Assembly: GCF_006345805.1 (NCBI RefSeq)
Contig: NC_043003.1
Span: 70,308,001-70,372,000, forward strand
DNA length: 64,000 bases
Source: Octopus sinensis
Taxonomy: Eukaryota
Direction: 5' to 3'
Position 1 is the first letter of the stretch. Each line of letters opens with the position of its first letter. The translations under genes and the position numbers were made by a program. The notes beneath the pieces were generated by a model, which made no database searches, was not told the origin of the DNA, and saw only the letters and a program-made list of their open reading frames with translations. Positions 26,185-39,331 of this stretch are shown one piece after another.

Positions 26185-27237
26185 CTTTATAATCTGTTCT
26201 TAAAATAGCACCTCTGAAAAAAAAAATTATCAGCTAATTATACGATGTTATATAAACCGTTTGAATGTGTATATTTATGTTGTTCGTGAGAGAAATAAAG
26301 ACTTATTTTCACAGCATTCGAAGGTCAATGATAGTGGTGGCAGTGGTGGTGTGCAATTCCGTGATTTCAACTTAAATATTCTCAAGTGATGTGAGCACAG
26401 TAAAAGTTAGCTGGCAGAATAGTTAGCACGCCGGGCGAAATGCTTAGCGGTATTTCGTCTGCCGCTGCGTTCTGAGTTCAAATTCTGCCGCGGTCGACTT
26501 TGCATTTCATCCTTTCGGGGTTGATAAATTAAGTACCAGTAACGCACTGGGTCGGTGCAATTGACTTAATCCGTTTGTCTGTCCTTGTTTGTCCCTTCTG
26601 TGTTTAGCCCCTTGTGGGTAGTAAAAAAAATAGGTAAAAGTTGAGTGAAATACTTTCACCTCAACAAAAGCTTATGTTGTTGCTGTTTAGTTTTAGATCA
26701 ACCTTGAGTAAACAAGCCCCAGTGCTCAACTGGTACTTATTTTATCGACCCCGAATGGATGAAAAGCAAAGTCGGCCCCTTGGAACGTAAAGTCGAAAGA
26801 AATGCCGTTAAATATTTTCCCAGAACGGTAACGATTATGACAGCTCATCGCCTTTAGGAAAGGACACAACGTAAATATTCCTATAGACTTATATAAAGAC
26901 AGCGTTTTGACGACGGGAAAAGCCTTTGGTTATAGGTCTGTTTATTCAAGACGGGTCTAAAACTAAACAACACCATAACCTTCTGAAGAGGTGAAGGTAT
27001 TTCACTTAACTGTTACTGTGCTTACATCTCTCGGAAATATTTAAGGTGAAATCACGGAATTCCGCACCACCGCTGCTACCACTAACATTGGCCTTCGAAC
27101 GCTGTGAAAAGAAGTCTTTATTCCTCTCACGAACAACACAAATATACGCATTCAAACATTTTATATAACATCGTATAATTAGCTGATATTTTTTGTTTTC
27201 TTTTCAGAGGTGCTATTTTTAAGAACAGACTATAAAG
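26185..27237. mobile_element. Foldback-type element with long diverged inverted arms, interrupted by two SINEs
   Basis: 26185-26405 plus 26637-26715 is the reverse complement of about 26935-27237. Confidence 0.75.
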
Positions 27238-28110
27238 TTCTTTTCTTTAACCAAAATAATAATAATTTTAATTAAGAAAATAATAATCAGTATGTTATAT
27301 AATTATTCTACACAGCGAGGGGCAACAATAAAAAGATATTTCTTAAATAACAAGGATTTGTAGTATATAAGAAGTAATGAAGAATGTAATGGATATATTA
27401 TCAATTTATCTTCGGTATTTCTGCAAACAAAATCACTTGAATGATTCAGAATATAAATGAGGATTTCGATGAATATGAAAATAGAAATACGCCGTTAAAC
27501 GAATAAATAAATATATTTCCATCTAAGAAATATGAAACCAATTCATAGTTGACTTCTAATAGGACGTATGCGGCTTCCGAACACAATAAAGACTTTTTAG
27601 GCTCAACTCTTGTTTACGATCTTCCATCTCAATGACGATGTTGGAGTTTTTTTTTTTTTTTTTTTTTTTGCTTTATCTTTTTTTTATCCTTGACTCAATA
27701 ACTTCTGCGAATCTGAATCTGTTTCTATAGAGAACAATTCTTATTTTCTATATATATATATATATTTACAAATAAGAATGAAATTCCTTAGACAGCATAA
27801 GTATGGTTTTCAAATTTGATTCTATTATTTCCCTACAAAATGTAGTCATTTTTTTTTTTCCCTAACATATTTCTCTTGTCTACAGATTTTCAGCTATTTT
27901 TTTTTTTTTTTTCATTATGATTTTACGTCTCTAAAATTGTTGATTCTTTTTTTCAATTTTCTTAAAGCTTCAGTCTTTTGAAAAAAATAGAATTCATAGG
28001 AGACGGGTAAAATAAATCAACGACCCTAACTTTAGCTGTAACCAGTGCTTTGGTTGCTTTGGTCAATCTTCATGTTGATGATGCTTCCGTTGCTGCTGCT
28101 GTTGTTCCTA

Positions 28111-28143
<33 letters not shown>

Positions 28144-28248
28144 GCTGTTTTGCCTCATGACAAGCCTGATTGAACAGATTTATGATCAAAAGCATCCTAC
28201 GCAGTAAGCTTCTCTTACTGCCTCTCACTCTCTTTCTCTCTCTGTCTT

Positions 28249-28279
<31 letters not shown>

Positions 28280-28621
28280 TTCTCTTTCTCTCTTATATTA
28301 TTAACTCCCTTTACTTCCCTTATCGTTTTCTCCTCTTTCCTTCAACATCCCGTATTTTTGTATATATATTTCTTTACTACCCACAAGGGGCTGGCTAAAC
28401 ATAGAGGCGACAAACAAGGACAGACAAAGAGATTAAGTCGAATACATCGACCCCAGTGCATAACTGGTACTTAATTTATCGACCCCGAAAGGATGAAAGG
28501 CAAATTTGACCTCGGCGGAATTTGAACTCGGAACGTAACGACAGACGAAATACGGCTACGCATTTCACCCGGCGTGCTAACGTTTCTGCCAGCTCGCCGC
28601 CTTGTATTTTTGTATATAGCT

Positions 28622-29035
28622 ATAGGCGCGGGTGTAGCTGTGTGGCAAGAAGTTTGCTTCCCAAAAACATGGTTTCGGGTTTAGTCCCACTGTGTGGCAC
28701 CTTGGGCAAGCGTTTTCTACTATAGCTTCGGCCAACCAAAGCCTTGTGAGTGGATTTGGTAGACGGAAACTGAAAGAAGCCCATCGTATATATATATATA
28801 TATATATATACGTTTGTGTGTCTTTTCGTCTGTGTTTATCCCTCCCCACACCGCTTGACAACCGGTGTTGATGTCTTTGTGTCCCCGTAACTTAACGGTT
28901 CGGGAAAAAACACCGATAGAGTAAGTACCAGGCTTTAAAAAAATATAAGAACTGTGGTTCGATTAAAATTCTTCAAGGTGGTGCCCCAGCGTGGCCGCAG
29001 TCTAATGACTGAAACAAGTAAAACATAAAAGATAA
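28622..29035 (+). mobile_element. tRNA-derived SINE with CORE-like domain (family A), near full length
   Basis: A/B-box head, GGCACCTTGGGCAAG CORE-like segment, internal microsatellite. Other copies near 1480, 2510, 5215, 8270, 9590, 17050, 20020, 36245(-), 37040(-), 37500(-), 44625, 62390. Confidence 0.8.
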
Positions 29036-29282
29036 AAGACATAACTAACTACACTGTCTAACGTGTCCGTCTTTTTCCAAGATGTTCGTGTGGTTTGAGA
29101 GAGGTTTTGGCTGCTATTTCTAAGAGTTGTGAGGAAGGACAGAAATTCAGTGTTGTGAGCAGAAATCTTTGTCGATGTGAGAGTAAAGGTTTACCAGTTT
29201 TTATCTCTCAACGACGAACAACAAAATGATTTATTTCACTTTGCAAGCTTTTGTATTCACTACTTACTGATACAGTCACTAG

Positions 29283-29660
29283 TTTCAATGGCCCAGTGGT
29301 TAGGGCAGCGGACTTTGCGGTCTTAGAATCGCGGTTTCGATTCCCAAACCGGATGTTGTGAGGGTTTATTGAGCGAAAACACCTAAAGCTCCACGAGGCT
29401 CCAGCAGGAGCTGGTGACGAACCCTGCTGTACTCTTTCACCACAACTTTCTCTCATTCTTTCTTCCAGTTTCTGCTGTACCTGTATTTCAAAGGGCCCAG
29501 CCTTGTCACACTCTGTGTCACGCTGAATCTCCCCGAGAACTACGTTATGGGTACACGTGTTTGTGGAGTGCTGAGCCACTTTCACGTTAATTTCATGAGC
29601 CGGCTGTTCCGTTGATCGAATCAACTGGAAGCCTCGTCGTCGTAATCGATGTAGTGTACC
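29283..29660 (+). mobile_element. SINE family C copy
   Basis: Colinear with 40778-41135. Confidence 0.78.
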
Positions 29661-31546
29661 GTAGTTTCTTTGAATGCGGCTTTTCCGTTTTGATATCTCC
29701 TCACTTCATTATCTGCACTCAGAGATTTTGTTCAAGAAACTCAATCAACTAAAAACATCTTTCTTACTAATCAAATATCGATTTCAAATTTTGTTACAAG
29801 GCCAGCAATTTCGGGGAAACTGATAAGACAACTGGTATTTAATTCATCGACTCGAAAAGAATTGTAGGCGAAGTGAACCTTGACGGAATTTGAACTCAGA
29901 ATGTAAAGACGGACAAAACACTGCTAAGCATTTTGCTGGTCGTGCTAACGATGATTCTACCAGCTCACTCCATTATTTACTAATCAAATTTTAACCCCTA
30001 TCTTTGGAACAAGGCCACGAATGTGTCGACCACAAATGTGCCGTGTAAGTGACTAGTATCGAATCAAGTACATAACTTGTCCTTATTTTATAAACTCTCA
30101 TAAGATTGAAAGGTCAGCAGGATTTGAACGAAACATAGAGAAAGAATTTTGCTTTAATAAATGCGTCAGAGGAGGAGGGTATGAGCCTATGTACTTTTCA
30201 AACACTCTCAGGCTGGTTAGGTTAATGCAGTTGATGGCCATCCTGAATATTTGCAGATCAATTTCTGTAAAAGAAACGCTTGCCAGGAGGGAATACTTTT
30301 AACAGTCTGAGGTTTGTTAAAGACTCCTAAGTACTGCAGGGCATTTACTTTGACAGCTTAACGTCTCCGCTTCTGTCGACCTTTGATATTAAAATATTAA
30401 AAGAATTTTTTTGACTGAACCTATAAAAGCTTCCAAATTCATATTTAAAGGAACAAAATTCTTTAATTCCCAAATTGACTACAAATATTGGAATTCGAAC
30501 CAATATATTTTATTTCACTTTGTTGTTTTATTCAGTTGGGAATATGGCGGTATTGGGCGTTCATTAGGTTACTTTACGTATTTTTACGCAGATTATAAAA
30601 ATATCCCCCGGTGTTAATCAAATGGAATTTGTAAAATGTACTCCTATACGTTATCGTTTTTTGCGACATCATTGGAAGAGTTCGAACACGTTCATATAAT
30701 ATGAGATCTCACATATTTCTTTCACCTGAGAATATCATGTATCTCTATGGCATCACCATTCGACTTTGCATGGTGCCGCCTCTGAGAATCTTGTTTAATC
30801 GAATTCAGAATCGACTTGCTATTATAATGGATCCTCTTCTTTCAACTTGTTTGGAGCCATTGACTCATCATTGAAATGTACTTTTGTTGTGACCTTTCTA
30901 TAAATATTACCATGGTCGTTGCTTCCATGAACTTCCTGCTGTAATACCTCCTCTTACCCACATCTCTTCCTACATGCATCATTTCTCTGCCATAAGGCAT
31001 TTTACTCTAACAACTTCCTTCTTCAAACTGCTCTTCTTTGGAACTCATGACCATCGTCTTGTTTTCCTCTTGTTCCATCATTACCGTCGTCTTGTTCAGT
31101 CTCCACAGAAACAAATTTCTTTTATCAAATTGAGGAATACCTTCTCCTCCAGATTGAGTATGCTGTCTCACAGACTTTGGATCCTCTCCGTTGAGTTGTT
31201 CTAACTTTGCTACATTAATTATGACTTCGACAGACAAAGGAGATGCATGCTTAGTTTTCTTTCTTTTTCTGTTTTTATTTATCTTTTTTTTGTTCTCGTT
31301 GTGTTTTCACATAGACCAGCGTCCTCTGTCGGATTTTCAAATAAGAGTAGCCATGTTGTGTGTTCAAACCTGAGTGATTGCTTGGAGACATAAGGAATAG
31401 TATATGAATCTGCCGAATAATTGTTTCCACAGCATAAAACTATTAGCCGCTCGTATTTAAATGCTGTATATTTGAAATATTTATCACTCACTGGATAGAG
31501 TTGATCCTATCTATTACGGAAAAGTAATATATATCACAATACACAC

Positions 31547-31600
<54 letters not shown>

Positions 31601-31615
31601 TATATATATATAATA

Positions 31616-31648
<33 letters not shown>

Positions 31649-31801
31649 GAGAGAGAGGGAGATGGATGTGTATTCAGGAATGTACATGCATGTGTATGGA
31701 TGTATTTGTATATGCATGTATGCTTGTGTGTATGTATATGTACACACATATATATATATGCATGTATGTACGTTTTTATGTATGCGTGTATGTATGTATA
31801 C

Positions 31802-31845
<44 letters not shown>

Positions 31846-32125
31846 ATGTATATATATGGTTTTATGGGTATGTATGCACATAAGTGTAAGTGTATTGGTA
31901 TGTATATATAAAAGAATTTGAGCATATATATTTCTATATCAGTGTGTTAGTCTATTTACGTTTGTATATATAAATCTATGGACGCCTGTATTATATCCGT
32001 AAAATATCCCATTATATTAATTATTGCCTCCCCTACATTACTACAAATTAATTACACCAGCTCATCTTTTCGTTCGTTTTTCCTTTCTAGGTAAACATAC
32101 TCAACAATTATATACACAATAAATT

Positions 32126-32205
<80 letters not shown>

Positions 32206-33226
32206 TTGTGGAAAACAGGACAACGTATCACAGAGAAAGGACCCTTCATCAGTTGTCGGCTGTCTATCTACTCCTCATTTCAAACATTCAACGACAAAAT
32301 AATATGCACAACTATTATAAAAACAACTATTTCAACACACAATAACGAAAAAACCCGTTTTTATATACTAAATGGCTCTATATGTGATTATATATCAGTT
32401 TATAACATAAGTAGTCCCCCTTTTTTAGACCTTTTTACTCGTATAATAGTTATTTCTAAATACTCTTAAAAATATATCAAGCTGTGGCTAGATAATTACG
32501 ACATATAACACTTATTTTTGTCTATGAACATTAGATTTATTATTTACAATAAATACTTAAATTATAAATTTCTATAAACCAGAAATTATTCTTCAATACT
32601 AGTACTAACCACCAACTTTCTAAAAAAATACCTTAAGTCGAAAGGAGAATTGACGGTTAAGTAAAAACTAAATATGTACTTGAAAATACATTTACCTCCT
32701 TATTTGGTATTTCTCAACGTACACACAAATACAGATTGAACAGTAATAAAATTTATTTATGGAGTTTTAAACAGAGACACATATTGGATTTCATAGAGAG
32801 AATGTCAGTTTTTGATATTGCATATATCAGCACTCACTTAATGTATTTTTTCGTCTTGATTCAAATAGACATGGTTCCAAGAATGATTATACTGATCCCA
32901 GCATGATACCTAAGAGAAAATATATGTACTTGAAAGGTCTTTTTTAATTTTTATATCAGTTACTGACGAGTACAAATATGGACTATTACGATTGTCTATT
33001 TATGAATATTTGAGACTTTTTGTACGAAACAATTGTATAGTAAAATGAAAAATCAAAACTATAATCCATTTTATTATCTTATCTCCTCCATTACATAAAT
33101 ATGTATGAATTTGTTGAACTTCTTTTAATAACTTAATTCATATACTGATTATTTCTATACGAATTTATACAAGAAAATTCAAAAGTAAAGTATGAAGAAA
33201 AGACATTAGAAAAATATATATAATAC

Positions 33227-33295
<69 letters not shown>

Positions 33296-33406
33296 TAAGG
33301 AGAGAGAGAGAGAGAAAGAGAGAGAAACCAACAGACAGACGGACAGACAAGCAGATAGGCAGGCAGGCAGGCAGGCAGGCAGACAGACAGACAGACAGAC
33401 AGAGAC

Positions 33407-33461
<55 letters not shown>

Positions 33462-33559
33462 AGATAGATAGATAGATAATGTGTAGATGGGGTTATAAGC
33501 CAAGCCGTACGCCTTTGTAGGTCCTGTTAGCTAATGGGGAATAAATAATGCCACAAATT

Positions 33560-33600
<41 letters not shown>

Positions 33601-34250
33601 GGGTGTATGTATGTACGTGTGTGCTTATATGTGTGAATGTATAAATGTTAGTTTATGTACGTCACACACACGTGTGTGTGTGCATACGTGTGTACGTGTG
33701 TACGTGTGTGTGTGTGTATTTCTATGTATTTATTCCGTATTCACTCGTACCTGAGTTTCTTCGGTGCCATCTTTCTTTTCTTGATATTATCGATTGTAAA
33801 TATATTATATAATATTAATAGCAATCTTTATTGGCAGATGTTAGCCTCGCCGATATTACTGCTGACCTCTTTCCCGCCTAATATCTCTCTCTTTTAATCC
33901 TTTAAAGTAGTATTTTCAATTCATTTTGCCGTGGATATTTTCAACATCCACATAATTCTTTATAATTCTTTCCAATATTGGTACAAAGCCAACACTATGA
34001 TTTTATCGATCCCAGTACTAAACTGGTACTTATTTTTTTACTCCTGAAAAATGAAAAGTAAATAAGTAGTATTTAACGCCATCTAAACACAGGTGTTCCT
34101 CCTGGGGTTAAAACGACAGTATCGTCAGTCCCTGGGGCACACCCGTGCTTAAACACTCCTTTCCAGTATAAATACTGCTTTCATCTCTTCTAGAGATGTT
34201 CCTAACTAACTAGATTGCTTATCGCAAGATCAGTGACTGGTTGTCACTTA

Positions 34251-34617
34251 TCTCTCTATATATAAACGGCAGTTTGTCTGTGTGTGTTTCTGTGTGTCTG
34301 TTAGGTTGTACCCTCACCCTGACCACGGCTTTCAACCGATTCTGATGAAACTTGACACACACATAGCCCAATGTCATAATTCAAAACTAACGCAGCGAAA
34401 ATTTTGAAAAGTTCCCCCAGTTCTGAAAAAAATCGATAAATTCGACATGGGGTCGACAATCAGAAACACAAACCACAGTCTAGAGGACGCAACTCGACCT
34501 TTTTAACTAAAAAAAAATTTACCATCATTTTTTTTCCATTTTTTGCCTATAACTCACTAAAAATGCTTTATAGTTATTTCCCTTACAAACCCGAGCAACA
34601 CCGGGCGATACTGCTAG
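34251..34617 (+). mobile_element. Non-autonomous Helitron
   Basis: Starts A|TC (TCTCTCTATATATAAA); internal GTCT/GT microsatellite; subterminal hairpin CCCG-AGCAACAC-CGGG; ends CTAG|T; no TSD. Confidence 0.85.
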
Positions 34618-34672
34618 TTTTCTATATATTGCGAGCTGGAGTGGGCTACTGCTATGTCTAGCGGACAAGTAT

Positions 34673-34721
34673 CCATCACTGGAGATGATCATAAAGAGGC
34701 CGAAAGCGTGCGGTCTGATGG
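34673..34721 (+). ncRNA. Degenerate hammerhead-like motif
   Basis: Stem I CCATCA/TGATGG encloses CTGGAGA...GAAA...GTC, but there is an A6G core change and stems II/III pair poorly. Confidence 0.35.
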
Positions 34722-35185
34722 CCTTGGGGCTAAAATAGTAGGAAGTTCTCTCCCTGCTTGCAATATATATCGAGTGTAGAGTGCATTGAATAACCAGCTG
34801 GCGAAGGTGTGTCTCTGAGGTTAAAATAGCTGTGTCAGCTTCCTTTTCTTATAGAGATTTTCCTAACTAGCTAGTTTGCTTTATGTGTGTGTGTGTACAT
34901 ATAAACATAGATACATAGATACATTGAGCAATGTTTTATATGGAGACGTCACCCGATAGTGCACGGCATGCAATATAAGATCACCTGACTATAATACTAT
35001 CACTACCATGAAACTTATATTAGCTCAGTTTTAAATCCTGTGTATATTAGATATTTCTCGCTGGATGGATTAGTGTTTTTTGCTAATCCCGTCAATTAAC
35101 AGAACACTTCATATATATGCGCGCATAAGTACATATATATATATATATATATAATATATATATATATTATATATATATATTATAT

Positions 35186-35243
<58 letters not shown>

Positions 35244-35290
35244 ATATATATATATGCATACATACATACATACATACATACATACATACA

Positions 35291-35321
<31 letters not shown>

Positions 35322-35329
35322 CCAGACTA

Positions 35330-35610
35330 TGAATTCATATTCATACCAATAATAATTGGAACACTAGGTTTTGTTAGTAAATGCTTAAAGAGAATCTGGA
35401 TAAACTGGCATTTTCAGAAAGAGAAACTGACCGGCTAATTCGTACATTACAAGTGCAATCTGTGAGTGGAACAGTAAAAATATGCAAGACTTTCCTCAAG
35501 TTCCAAATGTGAATTTGTCTGTATTAACTACATCCCAAAGACGGAGCCTTGTATCTTAGTTAGAAACCGGCTCCCTCCTCAGTGGAAGATTTATTATAAT
35601 TAAAAAGTAA
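35330..35610 (+). mobile_element. RLE-type LINE 3' fragment after (CATA)n
   Basis: FIPIIIGTLGFVSKCL..NLDKLAFS...SVSGTVKICKTFLKF (with a frameshift), then a short 3'UTR. Confidence 0.65.
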
Positions 35611-35749
35611 AAGAGACATACATACATACACACATACATACATACATACATGCATACATACATACATACATACATACATACATACATACATACATACATA
35701 CATACATACATACATACATACATACATACATACATACATACATAGGATA

Positions 35750-36230
35750 GAGAAGAGAAACTGTGCACCGTTGTGGAGATTAGCTGCCCAGCGGATGTTA
35801 ACATAAAGCTGAAGATCAGTGAAAAAGAGAACACCTATGCTGAACTATTGAGAAATCTGCAGTTACTCTATCCAGATTACAAGTTCAGGTTTATACCTGT
35901 AATTTCTGGAAAACTGGAATATGTAACACGCTGCCTAAATACCAATCTTGAGAAATTAGGCTTCTCAACACCAGAAAAGAGAAAGCTTTCTAGAAGTTTA
36001 TCTGTTAAATATATATGAGCATGTCTAGATATGCAACTATATAAGAATACATACATATATAAGAATACATACATAAAACATACAAATCTGCACATACATA
36101 CATTCATACATACATACAAACAAACAAAAATACTTTGTTGCTGATGTTGAAATTCCAATGAAGGAACCTTGGATCTTGGTTAGAAACTGGTTCTTTCTTT
36201 ATTGACTAGAAATTTTTTAGAGATAAAACA
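35750..36230 (+). mobile_element. RLE-type LINE 3' fragment after (CATA)n
   Basis: EISCPADVNIKLKISEKENTYAELL...FIPVISG; 3'UTR has GTTAGAAAC(C/T)GG like the 35.3-35.6 kb copy. Confidence 0.7.
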
Positions 36231-36244
36231 TGATTGTGTGTGCG

Positions 36245-36466
36245 TATTGTTTTTGTTTTTCACTTGTTTCAGTCATTTTACTGCGGCCATGCTGGAGCAC
36301 CACCTTTAGTCGTGCAAGTCGACCCCGGGACTTATTCTTTGTAAGTCTAGTACTTGTCCTATCAGTCTCTTTTGTCGAACCACTAGGTTACGGGGATGTA
36401 AACACGCCAACATCGGTTGTCGAGTGATGGTGGAGGACAAATACAGACACACAAATGCATACACAC

Positions 36467-36547
<81 letters not shown>

Positions 36548-36625
36548 AGCTTCTTCCAGTTTCTGTCTACCAAATCCACTCACAAGGCGTCGATCGGTCC
36601 GAGGTTATAGAAGATACCTGTCTCC
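36245..36625 (-). mobile_element. SINE family A copy
   Basis: Reverse-complement homolog of 28622-29035. Confidence 0.7.
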
Positions 36626-37237
36626 GAGTGTATGTTTCGTGGATTCACCTGTCGTGGATGACAGGTGAAGCTTCTGCAATATATTTCTGAGTAACTTCGT
36701 ACTGGTGAATTGCTTACAGTGATCAAATGTTTGAACAGGTGCACACTGTACCGAACGTCAGACATCAAAGTGATGGCAGAGCAACGCGAACTCTTTTGCT
36801 CAAGATTACAAAGCACTAGCCGGTCCAGGAATCGAAAGTACGATCGCAAGATTGTGAATGCAACACCCGTAACAACTAGGCCACGTGCCGTCGCAGGTGT
36901 ATTGCGAATATTTATGATGTATCACTTTAAAGTAGCAGTTCAAATCCAGTCATCTAATGCATTACATAATATTGAATGCATTACAAAAGAATGGTGCAAT
37001 TCGATCTTTTGATGCTTTCAGTTTACCTTTATCTATCTTTTACTGGTTTCAGTCATTGGATTGCGGCCATTTGAACCGGGACTTTGTCTTGAAGAGATTT
37101 AGTTGAAAAAATCAACCTCAGCACTTAAGTTTTAAGTCTCGTACATATTACGCAAACCAACACCAGTTGTCAAGCGGTGGAAGGGCACAAACACACTCAC
37201 AAAACGCATATAGATTTATGCACACACACACATGCAC

Positions 37238-37269
<32 letters not shown>

Positions 37270-37394
37270 TTTATATATATATATATATAAAATCAAAAAA
37301 AAAACTAAGAAAAAACATAGCAAGAAAAAACAACAACGCGAGGATGTGGTACATGCAAAGTATTAAAAGACGCTCAAGGAAGGAAAGAAGGGTT

Positions 37395-37429
37395 GTTTTA
37401 CGTTTCGAGCAAAGCTCTTCTTCAGAAAC
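37395..37429 (-). ncRNA. Minimal type I hammerhead ribozyme
   Basis: Minus strand GTTT-CTGAAGA-A-GAGC(TTT)GCTC-GAAACGTA-AAAC; loopless ACGT stem III, as in dimer-dependent PLE-type HHRs. Confidence 0.75.
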
Positions 37430-38488
37430 AGGAGTCAGAGGAAAGTCCAAGAGAAAAAGAAGACGGAGGAAAAAATCGCCAACGATCCACTAGTAAATAT
37501 ATGCACGATTGGCTTCGACAGTTTCCGTCTACCAAATTCACTCATAAAGCATTGATTAGCCCCGGGACTATACTAAAAGATGCCAAAGTAACAAGCAGGG
37601 GGATTGAACCCGAAACCACGTGGTTGGAATGTGAGCTTCTTAACCACATAACCATCTACTTTTTTTGATACAAAAGTTTCCTTTGGAGTTTTGTTCATAA
37701 ATAGACTGATCTTATCAGCATTAAATATTACTTTTGTAAACCGAAAACCTATTATTTTTGCCAATTTTGACGTTCTCATACAGTTCTCTTATCGTTTGAT
37801 CAATAGTCGCCATACAATTTGATATTTTGTAGAAAGTCTCGATTTTTAGATTTTTCAAACCCGAAAACTTAGGTAAGAGTTGATCTTGTTTGATCAATAA
37901 CGTAAATTTGATTAAAATCTCCCATTGCTTTCTTGTCGTATAGTAGAGCTCTCCAACGACAATTCTTTTTCAGTTTTACCATCCATTCAAAGTAGCAGAA
38001 CTTTTTCTCAACAGCATATGTATATATTTTAAACTTGATAGCCCTTCGGTTAAACAAGCTTTGAATTTTTCATAGTTTGTGATGGGCCTCTTCCAATTTA
38101 AAGTTGATTTGGTATTTTAGTTTTCATAGCAAGAGAAATTTGATATATTGGTCGCTCTTGGTTTCAGAAACGAAATACTCTAACTTTCATCTCTAAAATA
38201 TTTAACAAAATATAAAACATAAAATTTAAGTGATACTTTATCGTTCGCACTGACTCAATTACCTTAGAAGAGAAATGGAAATGAACTGAAAGGAAATAAA
38301 AATATAACTGAAATGAAAACGATCAAGCGATGAAGCGATTCTGCTCTAAACGATATGTGTTAAAACACAAGTAGATTCGACCAAAACGAAAAGCGAAGCT
38401 ATGCAAACTGAGTGGCGTGTAAACTATAGAACAGCTGTATATGTATGTGTTTGAGTAGTTGTGTGTTTGTGTGTGTGTGTGTGTGTGC

Positions 38489-38536
<48 letters not shown>

Positions 38537-38716
38537 GTATGTGTACAGAATATAATGTATGTGTACTTTATATTGTGTGTATGTGTACAAAATATAATTC
38601 TCCTCATGTTATTGTTGAAAACGTAATTTTATACGACCTTAAATATATCTCTTATTTATTTATTTATTTATTCATTAATGTTGTTTATTATTATTATTAC
38701 TACTACGATTATTATT

Positions 38717-39272
38717 GAGTGAGTGAGCGGTACATGCTATCAAAGTGACACTGGGGTAAAATATACAAATCCCAGTATACCTATCATGACTACCCGTCTG
38801 ATAAGGGTACACTAGGCACATGCATCACAACCATATGTGCGCGACATGGTGATCTCATATCAAGATAAACAGCACGTCACTTTGCAGATGGGGCTCAGTT
38901 AGAATTTTCTTCAGGTCGAGTAACCCATCCAGCTCAAAAGGTCCCTGAATTAAGGTTTGTTTAAGGGTGATGACCGAAACACCCATGTTTCCAGGGGTGA
39001 ATTATTCAAACCCCAAAGAATCCTTCTCAACACATGGCTATGATGCTCCCCCACTACTTCTGCTCCTGATCAGAGATGCACATATCGTCAGCCACTAAAG
39101 TACATGCTCAACTGGTTAAAGTCAAACAACTGACAAGCAAATCTGTGGTATTGAGCAGAATATTTGCTGTAGCCCATCTTTTATACCAAGACAAAACAAT
39201 GTACATGATGACACTCCCAATCAGTTAAGATCAGAAGCCACGAGAGCCTCTGCCTGGTACTGCATCAGGGCA
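38717..39272 (-). mobile_element. Copy of the ~550-bp (AAT)n-flanked retroposon
   Basis: Colinear with 14919-15471; (ATT)n on both sides. Confidence 0.8.
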
Positions 39273-39275
39273 TAA

Positions 39276-39331
<56 letters not shown>

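Noticed and set aside
30690-31240. Possible transposase relic (VHFNDESM) and 76-aa ORF
   Set aside because: Too degenerate to assign.
32200-32260. CTGATGAAGGG on the minus strand (also about 6845 and 5955)
   Set aside because: No properly placed GAAA or stem II; at best very decayed.
37780-38110. Possible LINE AP-endonuclease relic (MGDFNQ); similar at 44300-44600
   Set aside because: Only one short motif, with many stops.
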